Source: Paraspadella gotoi (Eukaryota; Animalia; Chaetognatha). From it: DNA of 64,000 bases. Below are positions 1 through 10,307 of this stretch, piece by piece; within the stretch, counting starts at the first letter, position 1; the number at the start of each line of letters is the position of its first letter. The stretch lies in the NCBI GenBank assembly GCA_051294375.1, contig CM119269.1:11882896-11946895 (forward strand). The letters are read 5' to 3'. The translations under genes were made by a program, and so were the position numbers. The notes beneath the pieces are model-generated. The model did no database searches, was not told where the DNA came from, and saw nothing but the letters and a program-made list of their open reading frames with translations.

Positions 1-180
1 ATGGCGCGCTTCAGAGGAAATTGACTGCATCTTGAAAATGAGCGGGCCGATAAAAGAAAAAATTCACAGTTTGGTAGACAAACATCCTAGGCTTTATTTA
101 TAAAAAAAGGAGCTTTCTACGGCGTCCTGGACGCCGTCTACAGGCCCCGGAAGCCGTCTCAATAATTATGGGCCAGATGT
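1..180 (-). mobile_element. End of a Tc1/mariner-like element, same family as 60202-61831
   Basis: Reverse complement closely matches 60202-60375, including the terminal sequence GTCTCAATAATTATGGGCCAGATGT followed by TA. Confidence 0.7.
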
Positions 181-285
181 TAATGTTTTTGGAACAGTAT
201 CATTAATTACAATATATTTATAGTAATATCCTTTAGACAAAATAACAATTTTTAGTTTTTCACAACAAATTTTTATTTGTGTGGT

Positions 286-328
286 AGCAGACATGTTTCG
301 AACGTATATTTCGTTCATCATCAGTGCT
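286..328 (-). ncRNA. Minimal type I hammerhead ribozyme (Penelope-like element type)
   Basis: Minus strand reads AGCA-CTGATGA-T-GAACG-AAATATA-CGTTC-GAAA-CAT-GTC-TGCT: intact core, 5-bp stem II, palindromic ACATGT stem III, GUC cleavage triplet, stem I AGCA/TGCT. Confidence 0.8.
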
Positions 329-1049
329 GAGTAATATCCTTATAAAATCATAAATTTTTAAAATAATTAATTTTTAAATTTTAATTAAAGATTCGGATTT
401 GTTATAAAAAATTAGATCAAAAATATAAAATATGTTATTAAAAATTTCAATGTCTTCAGCGTCAAAAATGGAAAAAAAAGGTCAAATTCTCTACTTTTTT
501 ACACTTTGTAAAAAAAACTATTATATGAATCATATTATGATGAAACGTTTTGGTCATTTTTCGCAGCTTTAACCTAAAATTATCATGTAACATATTTTAC
601 AACAGTTTTTCAGTTTTTTCCGGAAAATCCGAAACTGTTTTTGAAATTAAAAAAATATGATTTTGAAATTTTATGATTTTATAAAGATATTACTATGAAA
701 AAAATTCAAGTAATGATACTGTTATGCAATTTTTTTTGGAAAAAAGGCTTAATTATTTTTTATTACATATACAAAGGCAGCAAAAAAACATTGTTCTATC
801 GCTCAACCTATTAGACAGGCTTTGATGGTTTACGGCCTCCATCACTCTTACAAGATAATGGCATAGCAAGTCCATGCAAGCTTGCAATCTAGACTCTCTC
901 ACAGTTTCGTTTATTCACTCCCAGAGTACCTGGCTTCCCTATAAATGAAGTGGTTTAATGTTTCAAAGAATATTTCAAGTGTATGAAAAGACCACTCCCT
1001 GACTAAGTTGTATTCTTTACCCTTCCCTTCGCGTTCTAATTCCTCTCAG

Positions 1050-1948
1050 GCCTAAGTGCATTCCGCCCAAGAAGCGCATTGGGTCAAACGAATACGATAT
1101 GAATGGCTTTGATGAAGGAAAGAGACGGGGTTTGGCAACTCAACAATCAATAGTAGACGCTAACTTCTGGAAGGTGAGTTGTAAGTAGTGTTTCCTTAAC
1201 CGTTAATTTTTCTACAAACGTCGGTTAACCATTAAAAATCGACTTTTTTAAATATGAATTTTGATTTATTGATAGACCGGTTGATTTAATGATTGATCAA
1301 AAGATTTATTGATTAATAAATATATTTTTCAGTTAAATAAAAAATATATCATCCTTATTGAAGAATAGTTTTAGTTAGCCTTAATGTCTTTTTTAAGATT
1401 CGTTCCTTCTAATATCAATTTTTATATTTTTTATAATAATTTTTTTTATTTGGTTTTTTATTAATTTTTTTAATTCATTCGGTTTTATTTCATTTGCTTC
1501 TTTGTTCATTTTAAAGATGGAAAAAAAGAGAGAAAAAGTAAAATAAGGATTATTTATTTTTAGCTAAATTGAATATATATTATTGCATGGAAGGGCGAAA
1601 AAAAGAAATAGGTAAAAGAAAAGGAAGAAAAAAGGAGAGAAAAGAAAGGGGGAAAGAAAATGGGGAAGTGAGAAAGAAAAAGAAAGAAACGAAGGAGATA
1701 AATAAAGGGGAAGAAAGAATAAGAGAGAGATTAGGATAGAAAAAAAAGAGAAGAAAATAACAAAGGAAAAAAGCAGCGAGAAGAGGAGAAGAGAGAGAGG
1801 GGNNNNNNNNNNTTATCGGAACACTAGTTACAAGTCTTCATCAGCGTTAATAAGTTTTTTAAATGGTATACAAAATTTGTGCAAAAGAAGGAGAAAGAGA
1901 GAGAGAGAGATAAATAGAAAATAGAAGCTTTGCCGTCTCTCTCTATTT

Positions 1949-1996
<48 letters not shown>

Positions 1997-4900
1997 TCTT
2001 TTGCACAAATTTTGTATAGCATTTCAAAAACTTGTTAACGCTGATGAAGACTCGTAACAAGAGTCGAATCAAGTACGTTTCTTTATGAATTAAAATCGTT
2101 TTTGAAATAAAATTTAAAACTCTTTCTAAATATAAAAACTTGTATTTATATTAAAAAAAGTGAGTCTGCTTCACTTTGTTTTAAGAAAAATTTGTCTAAA
2201 AACATAATAAGTTAAAGAAAACTTAATATTTTTTACCAAAATATCTAAATTACAAAAAATAAAATTTAACCAAATTTAACTGTTAAAATAAAAAAATTAA
2301 CGGTTAAGTTAAATAAGAATCAAACAGTTGCCACTATTTGAAAAAAAATCCAATTAATGTTACATACAGTCCTGTGCAAAAAAATCGCGCCACTTTGTAA
2401 CTTTAAATTTCAGACGTGTATAAAGATATTTTTAAAAATTATATAAAATTTTTTTTTTAAAAAAGGAATCAATAAAGCTAACTTTTATTACAATCAGTGG
2501 TTTAAAAGATATGATTTTTTAACTTGAGTGTTCCAAAACCAAACGGAAAAATAGACTTTTATTTTATAACAGGAAGGTCCTATTCAAATACAAAAAAAAT
2601 GTTTTTTTAAAATTTGATCATGCCATTGATGAGCACATAATTAAGAAAGTAAGCAAGCTGGAATTCTGGGAGTTGGAAAATAAAAAGTATCAACAATTTT
2701 TTTATTAGGGTGCAGAATTTAAAGTTTCTTTATCAGATTATTTAGCCACAGTAAAAGCTTCAGAATTATAGACTGGTCTTTCATCTTAATAACCTTAAGA
2801 TTATTATTTAGGAATCTGGGGCAATCCAGTTATCAAGCTATCCATCCGGATGTCCAGTATAATTTTTTTTGTTTTTAATCCACTTTAAAAATTATAAAAT
2901 ATTAAAAAATATTATTTTTAAATCTATCAGATTTTTTTACATTCAGCTTTGCGGTAGAGTACTTCATTTTAAAAAATCATTGCTCCTAAACGGATGGTCC
3001 AATTTTAATAAAAAATTATGCTAAACTAATTATCTTTTAAATTAACTAATTAACTTTAAATCAATTTTAACTTTTTTTTTAAATTTCAAGTTTATAGGGT
3101 AATTTTTAATGTCTGAAATAAAGTTGCGCGTTTTTTTTTCACAGGACTATAGATCAATCGAGTTTCAAGTGAGTGAAGTTAGTGAAGTGATAAGTCTATC
3201 TGAAGGAATAGAAATTAATAAAATGAATGTATCGGTTTCCTGTAATGGTTACTGATTACCATGATAGAAAAAAAATTGTCGTGGTTACTTTCCAGTTATT
3301 TTTCGATTTTTTAATGTAAGAATTAAAAAATTCAATTTAGATATCAAAAAACTTTGGTGGCCTCTTGTGATTCATATGAGCTGTGTCTCATTTGTGTATG
3401 ACAAAAAATGCATCCTTATTTTTTATCTTTTTCATATTTACACTTTTTATTTATACTANNNNNNNNNNNNNNNNNNNNNNNNNACTTCCGCTTCTTTTTA
3501 TTACTTTTGAGTTCAACAATACCTCTATCTGGATGGGTGGTATATATATATATATATATATATATAGAGGTGGGGTTTATTGGTCAAGTCCCGGTTAGCA
3601 GCTCAGGGGTGAGAAGGATCGTGTGGGAGTTCCTCTAGTGGTAGTGTAAGAGCAGCAGATTGGGCGCCACTCTATCTGGATGGGTGGTATCTCGGGCTGA
3701 CTGAAAAACTCGTAAGAAAAAGCCAAAAATTGGAGAGTATATGTACTAAAAAAGGAGGCAAAAAAGGTACAAACTGTGAGAGAGGGAGAGAGAAAGCCGG
3801 AGAGGAGAGAGAAGAAGTAGAAGAGAAGTCAGAGGAAGAAGTGAAAAACTGGGTGAGCCTCGATCCCTGGGTGCCGGGAGGAGAAGAGGAGGATAGTCGC
3901 GTGGCTGACGAGACACGAGACTCGCGCTCGGGCTGGTTCGGTCGTCGAATACAATTTTCTCAGTCTCAAAAAAGAGCAATATTAAAAATACATTGATGCT
4001 GTAAATGTTACAGATATTATTTTTAAATTATAAAGTATCAATAAAGTTTATAACCTTTCTATAAGCAAAGTTATCATTTTTATTTACCTGTGGATGTATT
4101 ATCAGAATCAAGTATCAAACAAGTCCGAACAAAAATTCAAGATTTTATTAAAGTGAAAGACAATGAAATATCACATTATGCAGCAACAACTCAAGCCTGG
4201 TTTACTTCATAGAGGATCAATCTTTTTTACTGTTTGCTAAGGACCATTTTTTACTACAAATCTGATAAAAAATATCATGTCATAGATATAATATTAACAA
4301 TAATGTGAGTAGTCCACTTAAAAAAAAGAAGTGAAAACAGTTAGAGACAACCTCTTTTGGAAGTATTTGAATGCATTAAATAATTTTATGCTGTTGAAAA
4401 ATAATTATCTATTCAGTCCTAGGGAAGTCATATTACCTATTAAAATTTAATTATTAGCCAAAAAATGTATTTGATATTAAAATTAACTGACTTTTCCAAA
4501 CCGCGACATTTTTTTTCCATCATGACCAGTTAAAGACGCTTAGGATTTCAGATCTTAAAAGTTTCCAATAATATTGACACGTATTTATTACACTGTTTTT
4601 TTTAACCATGCAGTCAAAAATTTTCACAATCCTGTTCAGTTTCTAGTATAATTTTTAAGTGCTTAAAACGATTATCAAGGTGTCCTCAATCAGATTTTGC
4701 GTTAGACCCACGCACAATTGACCGGAAGTTGACGTTGACTACAAAATAGAATGTTTCTCTTTTTTTTAATTGCAAGATAAGAAAATAGTTTTGTAAAAAT
4801 AATAATTTTTACTTTAAATTTTTTTTTAAAAAAGGTTCCTACCCATAGTGAGCGATCTAAAACCGGAAATGATACTCAAAAACAGATAAAATACGCAAAT

Positions 4901-6448
4901 TAATAGTTTTTAATCTACTATAAAAAATAATCGTTTTTTATAGTCATATGATAGTTGTATCACAAAGAATCATCATATATATCATAAAAAACTATCATAG
5001 CTCTAAATAGACAAAATAAATATCACTTACAAAGGTTTGTTTCTTAATAACTGTTAAAATCAGAATTAATATTATTTTAGGAAAAGAAAAGAAAATTAAA
5101 AATCTGATTAAGTTTTTGATGCATGATATTGTTTCTTTTCTCCTTCACCTGGAAAAAACTTAAAAATAGGTATTCCTCTAAAGATTTATATAAAACTTTA
5201 TAAAAAAAGGGTCTAACTTCCAGCTATAGTTTTTGAGCAAAAAAATGTATGCCAGTAAAAAAATTACTGATAAAAAATTAAATTAGTAAAAGGTATTAAA
5301 AATTAAAACCAGGAATTGTTAAAATTAGCAAAGTCTCATTAATTGAATGAAATTGAAGTGAAATTTTGAATATTTACAGTTAAAGTTAAAAGTCCTTTGG
5401 CTATTAAAAAACGAATCTTTTTAAGATGTAATAATTGATAAATAATTAAATATGATAGGATTTTTTTATGATATGGATGATAATCCTTTGTGATAAAGCT
5501 GTCATATAATAGCGTTGACGTTTAGTCAATTAACGAGGGAAATTAATAAGTGGCAAGTATTTGGTTGACAATAGTTTTATTTATGACGGACAATCATTAG
5601 GGTGATGACATAGTTTAATAATTATTTGAAAAAGTGTTCTTTCTTGAGTTTGGGTGTAGAGATGAATGCCTAGAGTTCTCTTAGCAATTTTGACCATCAA
5701 TCCCTCCGTCGGTTCCTCTGTCGGTCATTGGTTATTCTAAGGTTGAAGTAAGGTCTGTGATTGGTCGGCATTCTTGATGATTCGTGAAGGAGACGAGCAA
5801 TCACATCACTAGCCAACAAGTCCGTTTATAGGTCCATTCCGTTGATGATAGTAAAAAAACCTTTAGCAGTCATAATAGATCAAAAACTTTTAATAACACA
5901 TATTTAATTGATTATCGAGCACTATTTCCGGTTTGGGACACACCCACTATTGATGAAAACCCTTTTTTGAACATTTTTTGTCTAAGTACTAATTATTAAA
6001 TAATTATACTAATTGCAGGATAATTAAAAAAAACTGCCTAACTTTTCATTTGTAGTAAAAAGAAAAATTTCATATTGTAGGCCATGCCAACTTCCGGTAA
6101 ATTGTGCGTAGGTCTAATGCAAAATCTGATTGACGACACCTTGTTAATCGTTTTAAGCACTTAAAATTATACTAGAAACTGTACAAAATTTTCGACTGCA
6201 TTGTTAAAAAAAAACAGTGTAATATTTATTTGATGCTTTTAACTTTATTTACGCATATATTATTCCAGAAATTGGCGCGAATTATCGATTGTTTTTTTTT
6301 ATTCGCGAGTCTCGTCGTCAGCATCGTCTCTGTCTCGTGGACTATCATCAACATCAATCAACCGCGCGCCCCGCCTTTCGACGAGGAACGGGATAGGCCA
6401 AATTTTGCCAGCCGAGTTCCACTGGCGCCAAGACCCTGGGACCAATAG
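1050..6448 (+). CDS. 3' end (last two exons) of a Cys-loop ligand-gated ion channel, nicotinic acetylcholine receptor-like
   Basis: Exon 1050-1173 (ctctcag / gtgagt) and exon 6269-6448 (ttccag / TAG) join in frame to give ...SIVDANFWK|KLARIID(C/W)FFLFASLVVSIVSVSWTII. This resembles the W-x-x-A-x-x-x-D plus hydrophobic M4 helix at the C-terminus of pLGICs. Upstream exons lie outside the window. Confidence 0.6.
2037..2079 (+). ncRNA. Degenerate hammerhead ribozyme motif
   Basis: AACG-CTGATGA-A-GACTC-GTAACAA-GAGTC-GAAT-CAA-GTA-CGTT; the GAAA box is mutated to GAAT. A partial inverted copy lies at about 1827-1850. Confidence 0.6.
2367..3149. mobile_element. Tc1/mariner-type MITE
   Basis: TA-CAGTCCTGTGCAAAAAAATCGCGC at the left end and GCGCGTTTTTTTTTCACAGGACTA at the right end form imperfect TIRs in a TA context. 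Confidence 0.6.
4591..6219. mobile_element. Tc1/mariner-type MITE with long TIRs (duplicate at 11644-13283; another copy at about 45558-46503)
   Basis: TA-CACTGTTTTTTTTAACCATGCAGTC ... GACTGCATTGTTAAAAAAAAACAGTG-TA, with TIRs longer than 140 bp. Confidence 0.8.
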
Positions 6449-7271
6449 AAAAATCTCTAACAGACAATAAACCCCTTTCCATCTTGCTGGATTCTTGCTA
6501 CACTTTGCGCTTTAAACTCCCATTATGGAATTAAACATTTACTCAGACGCTACTGTTTCGCAAATTATGTATTATGTACGTATACTGTATTATTATTGGT
6601 TGAAACTAAGATTTTTTCATCAATGTATTTGTTATACATTATAAATATATCATATTTTTGATTTTATAAAATTAACTAACACCTACAAGAAAACCTAGGT
6701 ACTAGATGATTAAAAGAATAGTTAACAAGAGAGCTCGATATGGTTAAAAAAAATTGTTGTAGTTTATTAGTGATTATATGACGTATTGATTATGACACAA
6801 AGAGTAATGTCAACTAAGAACTTAGTATCTGATACAGAGGTTAATGTGTTTTTAGATAATTCATCCATGAGTAATAGAGCAGTCTGGTAAATATTTACAA
6901 AAACCGATTTACATACAAATGAGCAACAGCTTAATATTTATAGTGTGTTAAACAAATAAAAAACAAATTACAAGTTAAACAAAAAAACGAAACAATGCCG
7001 CACAATTTTAATTAAAACGTGGAAGGACATTGAAAACAAAATAAAACCGGAGACTAAAGTGATAGAATTGTTGAGCGCGGAAGTATTGAGTCGTCCAAAA
7101 AGACTATAAATTAATTAGTATTTACAACATTTACAATAAAAGTGAGTAGACATTCGGTTTCTTCGATCCACGTTGTTATTTGTTGTTTGTTGTTGATATT
7201 CTCTTCAAGTCGGAATCCATGCGCAATAAGAGCATCCGATTCTCAGTTCAAAATTACTGCAAATTGTTGCA

Positions 7272-8326
7272 TCAAAATTGCTGCAGATTGATGCTGCGCG
7301 CCGCATCCCCATGCATTGAACGTCGTCGATGTAAACAGTTTGAGATTTGGTCTCGATGTTCTTCTTCCAGCGAAAGCTTTTGTCGACGGAGTCCCTTGAA
7401 TCGAGTAATGATTGGTAAGGTCTGGGTAAGTCACTTCAATCTATGAAATGTAATACATTAGCCACTATATGTTATTTCTTTAGGTCAGGATTCTTTGCTA
7501 ATAAAAACTTAATTTCGAACAATATTTTCTATTACCTGCAAACTAGCGAGTCAAAAATAAATCTTGCGATTGGTAACAACATCAGACCAACCGTTCATCA
7601 GCGGCCATTGGTGCCGGAGGCAAGTCATTCGCCTCTCAACCCAAAGGTTCGGGGTTCTAGCCCGGTGGTCGCGGAGCAGTTAAGAGGGACGGGGCGCTTA
7701 ACCAGCCTGTAAACATGGTGTTACAACCTGATCCGAAGCTCAGGTACTGCTTATATTGAACGGTTCTGTCACTAACATATAACAATAATTACTGTCTCTT
7801 CAAGGCCTCGTTTTAATGTAAATGTTAAATGTTCGAACTGTATTCTATGTATAAAACTGTTAAAACTTGATTATTGTAATTAGCTACATCCATTATTGTT
7901 CTCGGATCGACCTTATTCTAAATAGTCAATACAATAAAATCCCTGCTGAATCCTTTCAAAAACGGGACACGCTTTGACTGTGACCACCATCCACCACCCT
8001 TTCTCGCCACCATCCCCTAAACCCCCCAACCTTCAACGACGCCTCAGATTCCACCAGCCTCGTCTTCAACGCCGTCACGTGACCGTCCAATTCCACCACT
8101 TCGTCCACTAGGCGTCTCTCGACGGCGTCGCGACACAACTCAACGTTAGGGCGCCTCGAACGCGTCTCCAGCCTGGCGCGTGCCAATTTGATGGGCGCCG
8201 TTTTGTCGTCGAGGGCGGGCGTCGAGGCTTTTAACGTTCTCCTCCTGATCTATGATCTGACGAAGAGTTTCGGCCAACTGTCCCTCCAAACGAGACTTGG
8301 CCTCGCGGGTCTCTTTGATGCGTTGG
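7272..8326 (-). pseudogene. Duplicated, frameshifted copy of TEKT1 exons 5-6
   Basis: Matches 14335-15385 but exon 5 is 296 nt (+1) and exon 6 has +1 and +2 insertions. It lies in the 7-kb duplication and has no upstream exons of its own. Confidence 0.6.
7586..7802 (+). mobile_element. 5'-truncated solo LTR of the tRNA-containing TRIM (duplicate at 14647-14862)
   Basis: Matches the reverse complement of LTR 28192-28425 from ACCAACCGTTCATCAG to CTGTCTCTTCA. Confidence 0.85.
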
Positions 8327-8652
8327 CTTTTATTCAGAGAGAGATTGAGATGAAAAGATGGGGGAAAAGTGTAGTTTGTATGTGCTTTTATAAATGAATG
8401 GATATATTAGTCCTCATGCCAAGGTTGAAACGTAAACATCTCGATGTTAAGGTAATTTTAAGGATCTCGTTGAAAAAGATAAATTAAAATCGTAGTATGG
8501 CATCGGGGTGGACATGTGTGATGCCCGGGTGTGAGGCATCTCCCGACAGCTGGCACTCAGGGCTTTGGACCTGCACTGACCACCACATGTCACTGGCGTG
8601 TTTATGCCAACACCATCACACTTTAACCAGCATGACATTGAGGGGATAGAAC

Positions 8653-10307
8653 TAGGGTTCCGATAACCGTTAATTTTTGAGAAATTTCGATTAACCGTTT
8701 AAAACTAATATTTTAACGGTTAACCGTTAAAATCGGTTAAGTTTATAATTTAACTTGTAGAGAGGGAAACAATTTATTTGTTTTGTTTCAACGAAATTTA
8801 GGACATTTTTTCGGACATGTTTTGAGTCTACAATTAGAGTCTTCATCAGCAATGCTGCAATGATGCTGCAATGCTGATGAAGACTCTAATTGTAGAGTTG
8901 AAACATGTTCTAAAAAATGTCCTAAAAATTCGTTGAAACAAAACAAATAAATTGTTTTTCCTCTCTAAATTGGAAACACAATGAAATCGAAAGTCTTATA
9001 CACAAATATATAATTTAACTTTAAATTTAAAATATTATTATTTAAATCAAACTAAAGTATTTAATAATATTTTATCTTTAACCCTTGCTCCTGAATCTTT
9101 TTTATCTTCCATTTCAGATAGATAGGTAAACATTTTAGTTATTAAATGAAAAATTGGTTTGAGCAAACTATTTTGAATCTACCTATGATAATTTAGCTAA
9201 TTAGATAATGCATCGTGATAAATCTTACTTACAAAACTTTTTTTTTGCCTCATAGCATAATAAAAAATATATAAAAAGAACAAAGAAAGAAAAACCACAA
9301 TGTAATTCTAATTCTATGTTTTGTTTTTTTCTTTCTCTCTCTATCTCTTTTTATTTCATTATATCTCTTCATTATTTTTTAGTTGTTAGTTTCTTGAACG
9401 CTTGCTTTCTGTTTTTATTTTTTTTATAAGCCATAACCATAAATATAAATTATGAATAATAATTTTTTGATTGAAAGTTTGATTGATCGATGATCCAAAA
9501 TTTATTGATTATTAAATATTTTTTTCAGTTTTATTAAAAAATATATCATAATTGAAGGATAGTTTTAGGTTAGCCTTAATGTCCATTTTAAGATTAGTTC
9601 CTTCTATTACTAATTTTTTTTATTACATTTATTTTTATTTAGTTTTTTAATTAATTTTTCATCATTTTGTTTGATTTCATTTGCTTCTTTGTTTGTTTTA
9701 AAGAGTGAAATAAAAAAATAGCAAAAAAAGATATATTATTTTAAATAAGAATTTAATTTGCAAGAAAATGTATTGCAACTATTTGCATGTGCATATATAT
9801 TATATTTCAATATATTTTTGATGTAAATGCGTAAATTTATTGAAAGGAAAAACGAAAAAAAAATTGGGAGAAAATAAGTAAGAAAAAAAACACTAGAAGG
9901 GAAGAAAAAAAAAAGAAAAAGGATAAAAAAAGGGAGAAAAAAAGGAGAGAAGAGAAAGGGGGAAAAGAGGGAGGGAAAAGAAAGAAAGAAAAAAGAAAGG
10001 TACAAAGGGAGATTAGTATTAGAAAAAAGATTAAAAGGGTTTGAAAATAACAAAGGAAAAAAATAGGAAAAAATGGAAAGAGAGAGAGAGTGAAAAATAT
10101 GGTGAGAAAAGGAGAGGAGAATAAGAGAGGAGCAAGATAAAATTATTTTTCTTTTAAAAAATCAAAGATTTTATACCAAAAATAAAAAAATCATATTTAA
10201 AATTAACAGAATTTAACGTTAAACTTAAAATAAATATATTAACGGTTATGTTAAAATTATTTTTAACCGTTAATAACCGTTAACTGTTAACGGTTATCGT
10301 AAACCTA
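8653..10307 (+). mobile_element. hAT-type MITE carrying a hammerhead pair (duplicate at 15715-17371)
   Basis: TIR TAGGGTTCCGATAACCGTTAA / TTAACGGTTATCGTAAACCTA, 8-bp TSD GATAGAAC, subterminal AACCGTT repeats. Confidence 0.9.
8811..8913. ncRNA. Divergent pair of partly degenerate hammerhead motifs (minus about 8811-8853, plus about 8870-8913)
   Basis: Plus strand: CTGATGA-A-GACTCTA-ATTG-TAGAGTT-GAAA-CAT-GTT. Minus strand: CTGATGA-A-GACTCTA-ATTG-TAGACTC-AAAA-CAT-GTC. Confidence 0.7.
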
